Source of the DNA: Octopus bimaculoides
Taxonomy: Eukaryota
Reading direction: 5' to 3'
NCBI RefSeq assembly: GCF_001194135.2
Contig: NC_068981.1
Coordinates: forward strand, 37,906,616 to 37,970,354
DNA length: 63,739 bases
Program-made: the position numbers and the translations under genes
The notes under the pieces: model-generated
What the model saw: only the letters and a program-made list of their open reading frames with translations
Told to the model about the DNA's origin: nothing
Database searches by the model: none
In this document: piece by piece, positions 13,843 to 27,300 of the stretch
How the letters are laid out: each line of letters starts with the position of its first letter
Position numbering within the stretch: the stretch's first letter is position 1

Positions 13843-14460
13843 ATCAGAAACTAAACCAGAAATAGTGAACACTATTGCTAAAAACAAATTCCTCTTTACA
13901 GATTGCCCTGTAACATGTGTGTTTGAAAAACTATAAACAACCAAAGCACTTAACACAATGTGAAAACTTCTTTCCAAAAGTTTCATGTCATTCTGTTTTT
14001 AAGATTTTTTAATATATAATATGATGAGGTTTTTTTCTGATTCTGTCTATCAAATTCACTTGCAAAATTTTGGTTAACACCGAAGTTTGAAAAGACATTT
14101 GTCCAACTTGCTGCATTGTTGTGAAGCATACTTCTGAACAACACTGCCATAGCTGTTCCAATATTTATGTGCCAACTTGACTTAACATTGCATGCTCATT
14201 GCAAACAAATTTGACAATCATTCAAGAGGTTACATTTGTTTACTATCTTCTGTGAAAACATGTCCAGAGTAAGGGAAATATCATCTTGCATGGAAACATG
14301 AGAAAGGAAGCAACACAAGGGGCATCCAGGAATAGATGCCTTAAGATATTATGCCTGATCCATGCAAGTATGAAAACGAAGATATTAAAAGGAAGTTCCT
14401 GATGACGTAGATATAAATACAAAGGTGGGGAGATGACAGAATTGTAATGAAAAACCAGAC

Positions 14461-14598
14461 AAAATGCTAAGCAACATTTCGTCCATTTTTACAATCTGGT
14501 GGGTTGATGAAGTAAGTACCAGTTGAGCACTGGAGTCAATGGAATTGACTAACCCCTTCCCCCAAAATTTCAGGCATTGTACCTATAGCAGAAAGGAT
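14461..14598 (+). mobile_element. SINE family A with internal deletion
   Basis: aaaatgctaagcaacatttcgtcc is joined to gttgatgaagtaagtaccagttgagcactgg and the usual tail. Confidence 0.8.
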
Positions 14599-16084
14599 AC
14601 ACCTATAAATACAATGCACACACACACACACACACACACACAATCACTCATACACATTTGTATATTAAATGTTCAAGTAATTATATTATCTTCAAGTACT
14701 TTAAAAATAACAGCTGAGTATTTATTTTTGGTGTGGCTCTATGCTGACAGTAGAGCCAAATTTATTGTGAAGATCAAGTTAACTGAGACTTCACCTTCAC
14801 AATATGTGTGTGTGCAAGCATGTACAGAGAATGACAGAGAGAAATACACGCACGTACACTTAAAGTATTTTCTTCCTGTGTAATTTGCTCACATTCAATA
14901 AGTGACTCTACTAAATGTGTTGTTTCTTAGTAAACAAACGTAAGCTACTTATTTTCGACTAAGTATTAGAAGCAATCCCGAGTAACAGTTCTCTTGCTAT
15001 GTTAAGAAACTAAACAGAGCTCCATCCATGCTACCATAAATCTTTCCAATACAAGTTCAGTTAAGACCTTGGCAGTTATTTTCATTATGAGCTCTGTTAC
15101 TTTTATATTTCATCTTAAGCTTTTCACATGCATTGCTACAGTTTTTACGAGTGATAGTTTAATTGAATTGAAATATATATTACTGCACATGACTGAAGAA
15201 TGCTTGAGTTTTGTCAAATGGGAGACGTAATACAGAAATAGTTTTAGGAAAAACTGAATTCGTGATATTACAAAGCATAAAGGTTACAATTTGATTTAAA
15301 CCTGCATAACAAGATTTCCAGAGGCAAACTTTTATTATCATTTTATCTTTTATCATTTCTAGGTGAAGGTATGCAAAAGGCATCAACAAAGAAGCATTCC
15401 ATCTGCTGGCTGATTTGATTTTTTTGTTACTAAATGAATAAAGAGTCGAATAACCTTTTGTTTTGAGATAAGTAATTAAAATTCCTAAGTGCAATATTTT
15501 AAAAAATAAAGAGATTGTACATTTATGAAATTGTATCAAAATTAAACTCTTTCTATTTTTTGTTCCATTCTGGAAAGGACTCTTTCATCTTTCGAAGTCT
15601 GTTAAAACAAAGTACCAGTCAGGTATTGAGTGAGCGATTTAATTGGCTAAACTCTCCCTAAAGTTTCTAACTATATGCCTTTGGAGGCAACTATTACTAA
15701 GGGCAGAGGATAAAGAAATTGTTAGAACTTTGGAAAAAAACTTTGAAATATTTGTTTCAAGTCCTTATACTTTGTGTTCAAATCCCACCAAGGCTTACTT
15801 TTGCTTTCATCTCTTCATGATCAATGACATTATATTTAATTCAAGTGTTAGAGTCATTAATATTAAATAATCTTCTACCTTAAAATTGATAGCCTTGTCT
15901 CTAAATCAGAAACAGTTAAGGGTGTTGGATTGGCAGAATAATTTCGATATCAGAAGAAATCCTATATCATCCTATGTTCTATCTTTCTAGGATCAATAAA
16001 ATATAGTATTAGTCAAGTCTTGTGGTTGATGGCATCAACTAATCTTTCATCAAAATTGCAGGTTTTATGGCAGATTCTTGAAAC

Positions 16085-16164
16085 CATTACTATTATTATT
16101 ATTATCATTATTATTATTATTATTATTATTATATATTATTATTATTGTGTTTTTTGTTTTTATA

Positions 16165-16248
<84 letters not shown>

Positions 16249-16275
16249 CAGCAGTAGTAGTAGCAGTAGTAGTAG
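16085..16275. repeat. (TTA)n then (GTA)n microsatellite
   Basis: Direct reading; source of ORF 16020-16304. Confidence 0.95.
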
Positions 16276-16321
16276 TAAGTGAAGGTGCATGGCTCAGTGG
16301 TTAGAGCGCTGGATTTTAGAG

Positions 16322-16617
16322 GATGATGAACAAAACACCCATATTTCCAGAGATGAATTATTCAAAGCCCCAAAGAATTCCTCTCAACACATGGTGCTCT
16401 CCAACTGCTTCTGTTCGTGATCAGAGATGCACATACCATCAGCCACCAAGGGACATGCTCAACTGGTTAAGGTCAAGCAACTGACAAGCAAATCTGTGAT
16501 ATTGAGCAAAATATTTGCTATAGCCTGTCTTTTATTACCAAGCCAAAACAATGTACATGATAATACTTCCAATCAGTTAAGATCAAAAGCTATGAAAGCC
16601 ACTGCCTGGTACCACAT
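16322..16617. mobile_element. Interspersed repeat family E, partial copy
   Basis: Aligns to 17125-17395 and, reverse-complemented, to about 22480-22760. Confidence 0.8.
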
Positions 16618-16640
16618 CATCATCATCATTATTATTTATT

Positions 16641-16857
16641 TCTTTATTGCCCACAGGGGGCTAAACATGGAGGGGACAAACAAAGGGTTTAAGTCGATTA
16701 CATCGACCCCAGTGCGTAACTGGTACTTATTTAATTGACCCCGAAAGGATGAAAGGCAAAGTCGACCTCAGTGGAATTTGAACTCAGAACGTACCGGCAG
16801 ACGAAATACTGCTAAGCATTTCGTCTGGCGTGCTAATGATTCTGCCAGCTCGCCACC
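16641..16857 (-). mobile_element. SINE family A, young copy with alternative 3' tail
   Basis: Head and core near consensus with CpGs retained; tail is ...gtttgtcccctccatgtttagccccctgtgggcaataaaga. Confidence 0.9.
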
Positions 16858-16876
16858 CATCATCATTATTATTATT

Positions 16877-17395
16877 GAGTGAGAGAGCAGTGCATGCCAT
16901 CAAAGTGATACTGGGGTACAAATATACAAAGCCCAGTATACCCATCATGACTACCTATTTGATGAGGGTGTCCCAAGCACATGCATCATAACCATATGTG
17001 AACGACATAGTGATTTCATATCAATATAAACAGAACATGACCTTGCAGGTGGGGCCTAGTTAGAATTTTCTTCAGGTTGAGTAGTCCATCCTGCTCAAAA
17101 GGCCCCTGAATAAAGGTTGTTAAAGGTTTTTGAATGAGACACCCATGTTTCCAGAGGTGAATTATTCAAACCCCTAAGAATTCCTCTCAACATATGATGC
17201 TTTCCCATTACTTCTGCTCATGATCAGAGATGCACATATCATCAGTTAAGATCAAACAACTGACAAGTAAATCTGTGGTATTGAACAGAATATTTACTGT
17301 AGCCCACCTTTTATACCAAGACAAAACAATATACATGATTACACTTTTTAAGAGTTAAGATCAGAAGCCATGAGAGACACTGCCTAGTAATGCAT
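16877..17395. mobile_element. Interspersed repeat family E (~520 bp, noncoding, in TAA tracts)
   Basis: Collinear reverse-complement homolog at 22478-23010; flanked by (TTA)n. Confidence 0.8.
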
Positions 17396-17410
17396 TTATT
17401 ATTATTATTG

Positions 17411-17894
17411 TTCAGTAGTTTTATTTTTATAACGTGCTTTCAATTCACTACCGAGCACAGCTCTGTGTGCCTTGGGTATGTGCTGTGGTTTGCTGTGATG
17501 CTGTTATGGTTACTGTATTGAAAGTGTTTTGTGTAGGATGTGTGCAGTGCCCAGTAGTGCAATTTTCTGTATGTTATATATATTTGTAAATCCTGTTGTT
17601 TTTGTTATGTATTTGTCTGAATATTTTTTTATTATACCTAAGGCACCTACTATGATAGGAATTGTTTCTGTTTTTAGATTCCACATTCGAGTTACCTCTA
17701 TTTTCATGTCTTTGTATTTTGAAAGTTTTTCCATTTCTTTTAGGGAAACGTTGACATCTGCTGGTATTGATACATCAATTAGAAAGCATTTTTTTTCTTC
17801 ATGAGCTTTGACAACTATATCTGGTCTATTTGCCTTAATTTCTCTATCTGTGTGTATTGGCATATCCCAGAGTATGGTTGCTTTCTCGTTTTCT

Positions 17895-17895
<1 letters not shown>
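17411..17895 (-). mobile_element. R4/Dong-clade non-LTR retrotransposon, 5'-truncated (RLE domain plus 3' UTR)
   Basis: ORF 17510-17863 extends upstream to ENEKATILWDMPIHTDREIKANRPDIVVK...FLIDVSIP...EMEKLSKYKD...PIIVGALG, a PD-(D/E)xK restriction-like endonuclease. Both ends abut (TAA)n. Confidence 0.85.

Positions 17896-17955
<60 letters not shown>
17896..17955. repeat. (TTA)n microsatellite
   Basis: Direct reading. Confidence 0.95.
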
Positions 17956-17956
<1 letters not shown>

Positions 17957-18779
17957 ACATAAATAATAGCTGACTTGAAGACTATGTGGCAGCCACAGAA
18001 AATTACAAATTTATCTCCACAAAGAATTAAAATATTTGATGGGAGAGTTTCTACTAGAAATTGATCAGATTAGTTACCATTAAGAGTGAAGAATCTCTTG
18101 ACTATCATTTAAACGTGAAGATAAAGAAAGCAGTGTTGTGAATTTCGTCACAAGTTAGAAAATGAAAAAAGGAAATAAAAAGATGTGGGAGGTGATGTGG
18201 CTGAATACAAGAGGAAAGTGTTGTGAGTGATGTGTAAAGTGGACGAATGAGGAGGAAGTAAATAATGTGCAAAACGATGTAGACAGAGCTAAAAGTTTAA
18301 ATAAGGCCATTATGAAAGTCAAGAAGAGGAGGTGGTTGGGGAATGATGAAATAAGATGATGAGATAGACAGTTATGCCTCTACAGGGACAATATTTCTTA
18401 AAACTAAGTGCCTTACATATAAGAAAAGAAAAAAGAAAAAAAACTACTCTTGCTTTACTGAATAATTCTAGATGGAATAGTGAAGCATCAGCACCAATAC
18501 GTGCCATACAAAAGCATTAAATTTTCTATATATGCCATACAAAAGCAATCTATCGTTACTAGATATATTGAAAGAAATCATTTCAATTCTTTCAATAGTG
18601 ATGAAAGATGTCGCTTCTGAGATGTATTTTCTGGAACAATATACCCACAAGTCCTACACCAATTCCTACAAAATACCATGATGGAATTATTCTAATATGT
18701 GCTTAGCCACCTGATGTCAACTCCTCAGAGAAAAGTTATGGTTCTCATATGAACCTTCACTTCTGTTAGAAAACTTCAA

Positions 18780-19040
18780 TGAAAATTTACTAAAGAAACA
18801 GCTCAGACAATGTTCATTCCATTGAAACCAAATATTTATTGCACTCTAAACCAAGTCTCTACTTGTACCAATTCTTCAACATTATTCTTTTTACATGGAT
18901 CTAGCCAAATATTTGGAAACATGCCATAGTATATCCCACTTCAAAGACAGGAACATCTATAACTTTTCAAACTTTTGACTAATTTCTCTCATTCCCAATG
19001 TCTTGAAATAGATAGTCACATCTGGAATAGTGAAGAGAGG
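18780..19040 (+). mobile_element. Decayed CR1/L2-type LINE RT N-terminal fragment
   Basis: PNIWKHAIVYPTSKTG then, after a frameshift, NF*LISLIPNVLK; matches P..WK.A.V.P..K.G...NYRPISL...SK. Confidence 0.45.
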
Positions 19041-20885
19041 CACTAGCCCCAAAAGTGGTAGCAGCAAATATGACTGCAAAATCTTTGAAAATGGAAATTA
19101 ATTTTAAAAAATGGGAACAAATTATAAGACAAGTACATAAACATATCCTTAATTCATCAAACAAAAATCCAAATACAACACTAATAAAAGTACAACTACT
19201 AAAGCTCTTGACGTGTCCTATAGTAACATTGCAAGCTGAAAGGAATTATTAGATACTCCTTAACTCCAGAGCAAGGGAGAGGCACAGGAATATTTCACGC
19301 AAGACAATGCCTCTTTAGCAAAGAAATTTACCATGTAAAAGGCAAGCTGCAAGTTGCAAGTTACATTTGTCTTTCAAAACGTGGAGAGGACTTCTGGATA
19401 CTATCAAAAGAGGTTCTTAGAAGCCTTGAATGAAGTATGACAGGATATGTGCTTTCATGATTGGGGAAGGGCATATGGAAGCATGTGGTTAGTTATTAAA
19501 GTCAATGTTGAAACAATGAAACATAAAGAGTTGGTACTCCACACACCTCCTCTCAGGTTGGTGCTGCAGTGGATGGGAAAAGAAAAGACAAAACTCATGA
19601 TCAGAGATTTCTGGTAATGACATTGGTCCTTGATCTTTCATCACCTTTGCACCATATTATGGTTCATGCAGAGGTTCCCAAGAACATGTGATTAGGTAGG
19701 GTCTGTATGAATATGCAAATCCTAGTGATCTAAGAAGACCACAACACCTTCCCAGTGCTGTATCTCATTGAGGGTGGCAAGAAGAGGTCAATCAGATTGG
19801 TTGTCAGTTTCTTGTTCAAAAGTATCTCCTTCCTTCCCATCCATCTCAAAGGCCCTGCAAAAGAGTCATGGACATCGCCCTTCCTTCTAAAGTAAAATAT
19901 TTGAACAAAATTATCTTTAGCAATAATGGCAGCATCAACATAGGTTATAACAAACAAGCTTGTTTACTAGTGTGACAAGACCCGTAGAACTCATAGAACT
20001 ATAAAAAGGAAGAATTAAGAGGAACAGGATTCCTGTACAAAAAGAAAAGAGAAAAGTCACTTGCAAGAATGGAAGAAAAAAAATAATTGAAGTTTCATGA
20101 TGGGTAATAATTGGCAACTTTATCTCTCTTTCATGCATCAGTACACAATATCTTTTAAGAATTGACTAAACTTTAAAGTGGACAATTCTTATTTAAATGA
20201 GGCTAGAATGAGACATGAAATAAATGCATTAGAAATTAAACAATATATGGAATTTACTACTAAAGAACAGAAAGAATCAAAATCAATGTCGTAATTATTA
20301 AGCCCAGTGTGTATTCTTATGAATACAGTTATTAAAAAAATACTTAATTAACTGCATAAAGTAAGAAAAAAAAAAACGCACACACACATAAATTATCAAA
20401 ATCCACTTGACATGGCGATAAAGTAGTTTCAGACATCTTGACTATATGAGGATAAAGAAAGATAATTAAATGGTCAAATACTAGTTGAATGCATAAAATA
20501 TTAAAAGACTAAGTGGCGAAGATAAAGTTCATTCATGTCAGCAACTCTAAAATCCAACTGAAAGATACTGAATAATTTAACAAGAAAAATGTGGTTCCTT
20601 AGTATCTAATAAAATGTAGAATTAATGAAATACATTATCATCTGCATCATCTTCTCCTCAACACAATTACTATTATCATCATTATCAATAATATTTATCA
20701 AAAGCAGACAATTTTAGAAAGCAAAACTGTTTTCATATTTTTTTTTATAAATAGATCTGATTTAAGAAAGTTAAGCTTTATGGGAAACTGACAAAAGATA
20801 CAACAGACACAGACAGATGGGAAGAAGATATTTTGTGACATAACAAAGATATAATATAAAAGCAAAACAAAGGAGATTCTAGGTG

Positions 20886-20926
<41 letters not shown>

Positions 20927-22339
20927 TGCAATGGTGGTAATAGTGGCATATGCCGGTGATGATGCAAGTGATAATTGTATGCCACAAATCAGAGTTTCCC
21001 TCTGCACTTATTTTATTTGGTATTTTGCTTCATCAAAAATGTATCTTAGATATTAAATCCTTTGTTGATGACAGATTTAAAAATAATGAGCCAATACTAA
21101 TAGGAACAACAAAAGATAGAATAGAGATATAACTTTAAAATTATTTAACTAAAACACTTTAAAAATTTCTTTAGATTAACAGACCAGATATGGAATTTTT
21201 AACAAAATATTGTAAAAACAAAAACAAAAAACCCCAACACATTAATCTGTCTTCTTTCTGTCATTTTTGTTGCTAGTAAAATACACTGCTCCTTAAAGTT
21301 CATGAAATGTTTGTCAGCTCCACTTAAAATTCTCTTGATGTATTTGTTGTTCTTGTCACATGTAGTCTATCTCAATTTGAAGGCCAGCTGATTGTTTTAT
21401 AAGTTCATAAACTAATCTTTATGTGGTTACTGATCTACTAATAAAAGCAGCAAAAAATCCCCCTCAAATAACTACCATGTGAAATAAGGGAAAGACATAT
21501 CAATTAATGTAGTCCTATATATGCTTAAAAAACTTTGGTAATTAATGCTGCAATGCCTTTGATTGTAGGCCTGCTATCTAAAGTTAAAACCATTTCTATT
21601 GCCCTTTCTGCTCATACTGTCTCACAAAAATCAGCTGGGTGGGTTCAAAATTTAATATTAATCACATTATTTATTGAAACCTCACAGACATTTGGGGATT
21701 GTAAAAACTACTAGAATCTGTCTATACAATCATTTTAGATTAATGAATAAAAAAAAAAACGTAGTAATCTACAATTGGTATGAACTAATGGATAGAATAA
21801 GATCAGATACTTCCAACTTCAGTCAAAGTCAAATAATATTTTTTTTACTTTGTTTATCTCAGACTTCACAGTTAGAAAATAGGAACTCAGTCTTATTTTA
21901 TGATCAAAGGATTAGTGCAAGGAAGAAACTTTCCCAGTCAAACACCTGTTCCAAGAAGACAAACTAAATCAATACACCATATTTCAGCACAAAGAACAGG
22001 TATAAAAAAACAAATTGCTGTTTTCCTTTTTGTATTTGTGCAGAAAATTCCAGTTCCTATGAAGAAGTAACCAAGAAAGCAGATTCATGAAAATGAAGAA
22101 TATAAAAAGGAAAGCAGCAATGGTAAGGAATTGTAATCCTTTACAAATAATATCCATAAGGAAATATACTGAAGTATCTTCTTGAGGAATAAGAAATCAT
22201 TGCCACTTTCTCCTTCCTATTATAAAAGCAAATACCTTGAAATTCTCTTTAACATTCCAAATCTATATTTATCAAAGAATGGTTTTCAAAGTGAAATAAA
22301 TTTGTTTTTTAAATCAATAGGCAAAATATGATACTGCAT

Positions 22340-22400
22340 AATAATGATGACGATGATGATGATGATGATGATGATGATAATAATAATAATAATAATAATC

Positions 22401-22446
<46 letters not shown>

Positions 22447-22470
22447 TAACAACAACAACAATAATAATAA
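22340..22470. repeat. (GAT)n(AAT)n microsatellite
   Basis: Direct reading. Confidence 0.95.
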
Positions 22471-22477
22471 TCAATGT

Positions 22478-23010
22478 CCTGATGCAATACCAGATAGTGG
22501 CTTGCATGGCTTCTGATCTTAAGTGATTGGATGTGTTAACATCTACATATTTTGTCTTGGTGTAAAAGATGGGCTACAGCAAATATTCTGTTCAATTCCA
22601 CAGATTTTTTGTCAGCTGCTTGACCGTAACTAGTTGAGTGTATGACAATATATGCATCTCTGATAATGAGCAGTAGTAGAGGGGGAACATCATAATTATG
22701 TGTTGAGAGGAATTCTTCGTGGGTCTGAAAAATTCCCTTGGAATCATGGGTGTTTCATTCATCGTCCTTAAGCAACCTTTATTCTGGGCTCTTTTGAGCA
22801 GAACAGACAACTTGATCTGAAGAAAATTCTAAGTGGGCCCTTCCTGCAAGGTTGTGTGCCATTTATCTTGATATGAAGTCATCATGTTGTGTACATATGG
22901 CTGTGATGTATATACCTAGAACGCTCTTATTAGACAGGTAGTAATGATGGATATATTGGGCTTTGTATATTTGTACCCCAGCATCATTTTGATGGTATGT
23001 ACTGTCCTTT
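22478..23010. mobile_element. Interspersed repeat family E, diverged full copy in opposite orientation to 16877-17395
   Basis: Collinear reverse-complement similarity; flanked by (AAT)n and (AAC)n. Confidence 0.75.
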
Positions 23011-23076
23011 AAATAACAACAACAACAACAACAACAATAATAATAACAATAATAATAATAATAATAATAATAATAA

Positions 23077-23251
23077 TCAGGACTTATGAATGTGTATAAC
23101 ATACAGAAAAAAGCACTATTAGGCACCATGCATATCCCATGTAAAGCACTTTTAGTGAAAATAGGAGCACCACAACAAACCACAGCACATACTCAAGGCA
23201 CACAGAGTTGTGATCAGTTGTACAGTGAAAACATGCGAAATAAGACTACTG
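23077..23251 (+). mobile_element. R4/Dong-clade 3' terminal fragment
   Basis: SGLMNVYNIQKKALLGTMHIPCKALL versus TGFTNIYNIQKIALLGTAHILHKTL at 17.5 kb; same 3' UTR ending actactg; embedded in (AAT)n. Confidence 0.8.
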
Positions 23252-23291
23252 AATAATAATAATAATGCTGATGATAATAATAATAATAATA

Positions 23292-23332
<41 letters not shown>

Positions 23333-24379
23333 ATATAAGCAAAAATGTATTTCAGAATGTCTGTGAAATGTTATTTTTGTGAAAAATTATTATTGCAATT
23401 ATACTTTTAATGTTCCAAAATAAATAGTATTGTTACTGTTGACTATATCTTCCCTTTAAAATCTTTTAATTTCTCCCTTATTTTTCATGACTATGAAGGT
23501 ATGAGCATATTGTGACTCAAAACAGTCACATTGAATTAAATAGTTTTACTTGGCTAAAACATTCAGATTATGTATTTAATGCATAAGTGAAACATGACTG
23601 CTGCTACTGCATCCTCCATATATTCACTATTGCTCCTATTTAATGTAACTGGCTGCTTGGCACCTTTCACTTAATGCATACCATAATGCACCAGGACCGA
23701 GAAGCAACAATAATGATTTTGTAGCATTCGCTGGTGTTTTAAATATTTAATCTATCTAGCTTTGTGGTTCCTTGTTGAAGTCAAGTTAATCCAAATAGCG
23801 CAGCTGTAATTTCCTCTTCAAGTGTTGGATCAGAGCTGGATTGCCCCTACTCACAAGCTTGTTGAACCTGACTTCTCAGCATTTCCCTGCAGCAATCATT
23901 AATGGAAGATCTATTACTAGGTACAGAGCTTGCTTAGTTTGGATTCAGCTACAGGCTGAGATTATATCAATCAACAGTGTAACACTCTTCTGTAGTACCA
24001 ATCTGATTTTTTTAGCATTCAATCTTTCAGAAAGGTATTATATCCTCACTGGAGACATCAATTCTGCCATCCAGGTATTTGATACAAATATAGTAATGAA
24101 TAGTGTCAACTGATTTAAAGTGATCTGTCGCTGGTTCATATTTTCTTTTAGGAACAAACAGTCGCCACCATTGTCAGCAGCAGTGGTGGTGTACTTTGGT
24201 ATGTGTGTATATGTGAATATACACACATATATATGCTTAACTATATATATGCATTTCTACATTTATATGTAAGCATGTGCATGTATGAATAGATATGCAT
24301 GTATGTGCATGTGTATGTGCATGTGTATGTGCATGTTTTAACATAAGTTTCACTATATTTGCATAGATGGATGAGTCTT

Positions 24380-27300
24380 CTCAATTAGTACATATCTACA
24401 TAAAAATGATTCCAGGTTCAAGCAACTGTTTAAAGACTGTTCTATTGATAAATGATGCTGAGAGTTGAATAGTATTTCAAGACACATTTATTTAATTGTA
24501 GTACAAATGCTGGACCTAATTGCATGGAATGATTTTTCTAAAGTGTCCCACAATAATCTTTTGGGGACCAAATTTTTTGAGTGAAGGGCAAGTGTTATTG
24601 TTCTTCATCGATTTTTATTTAAACTTTCCACTTCACTGGTTTCAGTGGAATGAAAGGGACTTGTTTTATTAGAATAATATTATTGTTCTCAAAAATATTA
24701 GAGACAACTAAAGATACATACTGGGATCTTTGGTCTGAGTGGATTAAAACTGGAACTTCAATCATGTAAAATGGATTGTAAAAATTAGATTAATTTAGGA
24801 GCTGTCATATCTATGCATGTAAATGTGAAAGGAAAACCCTAATATTCATTTATAATCATAATCATGTAGCAGTGATAGTTAGATTGTGATAGAGGAGTTT
24901 TGAAACTGACACTACGATATTTAACAGGTTATACAAATTTGACAAGTTTGTCATGAGAAGGATAAAAGAATTGTGGTTTCAATTCTGAGAATTCATTACA
25001 TAATCGTTTAAATATCTTTGAATGAGAAAGGCAAGATGTTAAATCTAACATAATAGCACATTCATGACATTCTAAGCTGATATTAAGGTTTATGTAAGAT
25101 TGATTCCTAAGGATATTATAGAGAATGATCTTGTACAAGTAAGTACTTCAGCTGAGTCACTTTGTTCAGATATGTATCAGCTGTCATAATTGTAGCACCA
25201 TATTTTTTTTTTCTGAATCATTGAAGAATCATTCTTTGTTTTTTTTTTTGTGTCCCTTTAATCTGGAAACTAAATATGAATGAGAACACCTGTTGATCAG
25301 TATGTAATGTAAAGCTGTCTTAAAGTGAAAAAAAAAAGTGGCATTTCTTCAAACACTCTATGATAGATATAAACTCTTTTACAATGAGAGATTTTGGTTA
25401 GGATGAAGAAAATTTCTGAAGAAGAAAGTAAGAAGCTTATTAGAGCAAAATGACATTTAAAATTGTAATTCTATATGCATCAGTTTCAGCACATAGTGGA
25501 ACTTCTTGTAAGATTAGTAACAAATAGCTATTAACAACTAAAGTATTAAGCAGAATAGTATGTTTTCTTGAATTAGTTTCAAAGAGGACAACCTATTTAG
25601 AGTAGTAATTAAACAAATCTTGTAGTTGAAGTTGTTTAGCATTACTATCCACCAGGTGATCAGGAAGAAGCTTTAATCTTTTCAAGTCAGCTTGTAAAAA
25701 TTTATCTCCTTTATTGTATCCAATGTTAAAATTGGATGTTTTGTGGAGTAGAGATTTGTCATTGTTCAATGTAAATGTCAAATATCTTAGTAACTGAAAT
25801 AAATTGAGCCAAGTTTCCATCATGATCCTCCATAGTTTTGCTAGTGACAACATCATTGATATAGGTATGAACATCTTTGATATCACAAGTTACTAATCAT
25901 ACTGCATTACTCTTTGAAAAACATTCACAAGAGGTATATGACAGAGTAAACTTGTAAACTGGAATAAACATCTACTAACCTGAAATACTGTGTATCTTTC
26001 ATCATCATTGTAGAGTAGATTCTATAGTATGCTGTAAAATTTATTGTAGCAAATAAAATACCAGATCTTCATATTATAAAATGAATAAGCATCTAGTAAT
26101 TCATATTTGCGAAAGTTCAAAACAATGTGTTTGTCAATGTCTCTTATGTCTACCACATGAGTTTACCACAGAGTTTCTAAGGGTGCAATGTCATCATCAA
26201 GAAACCATTTAATTCCACTCTTAGAAGAAAAAAATACCATTAAATGGAGAAATACTATGAAATTTAGTACCAATTGTGTTCAGATCATTGTTTAGGGGCC
26301 TCACACATAAGAAAGAGCGACCAACTTCAGAACATGTAAAATAACAATAAAATATTTTCAATGATTTTCTGGATACAGAAGTTTTAGAAAGTCATGTCCC
26401 AGAATAATAGAGAAATACATGTTAAACAAAATGTTTAAATGTTTTCATATATAAAAATAAGATGTAGGATATGCAGAGAGATGAAGAAAAAGTCAATTTA
26501 GATTCAGTTTCTATGTCAATTCAGTAAATTTTCAAAGATGTTGGGAATGAGAGATTCTTACAAATATTCTTGTCTATGAAACATTTGACACTACACAAAC
26601 TGAATAGATCATCAATGCATTTGCTAACCCAATACATGTTAACAGTAACTTCTTCTACTCCATTTCTTTGATGTGCTCTTGTAGTTAGGATACAATCTTA
26701 ACTGTTGTAGTGGCTCTTTTTCACTGACATGCTCATAAAAAACGTTTTACTTTTAATACATTTGTTTGCAAATTCTCCTCTTTGCTAGACAAATAGTAAG
26801 ATAATAGTAACAACTAGCACAAGATAGAAACTTTATTGATAAACTAATTTAATTATGATAGCAAAAATATGCTCATTATTAACGGTGTCAATCTTTACTT
26901 TTAACTGCAGTTCCAGACTGGGCGTTCAGAGATAGAGAAGATTACTCATAAGCTTCTGCGTTCTTCTAAGCAACTTCTTGAGAACGAACTTGTATGAGTG
27001 TTTATTCCAAATTCAATCATCAGTCTTCAAGGAATTTTTGTGAAATATAGTCGGGAAGAAATTTAAGAAATAAATAACTCTCCAATATTCCCACCTTGAT
27101 TTACATCAGCAGTTACAACATGTAATCTACAACTAGGTGAAGTGTCATTGAATTATAATATAAGACAATTCTTCACTTGATTGTCTTTTTGACTGCCACT
27201 GAAATCTGCAAAACATGTACTTTGCTGTCTAATGAAAATGCAATCAAGGGTAACTATTGTCAAGTTGTAGTTCATGCAGTCTGCAGTAAAAGTAAGGATA

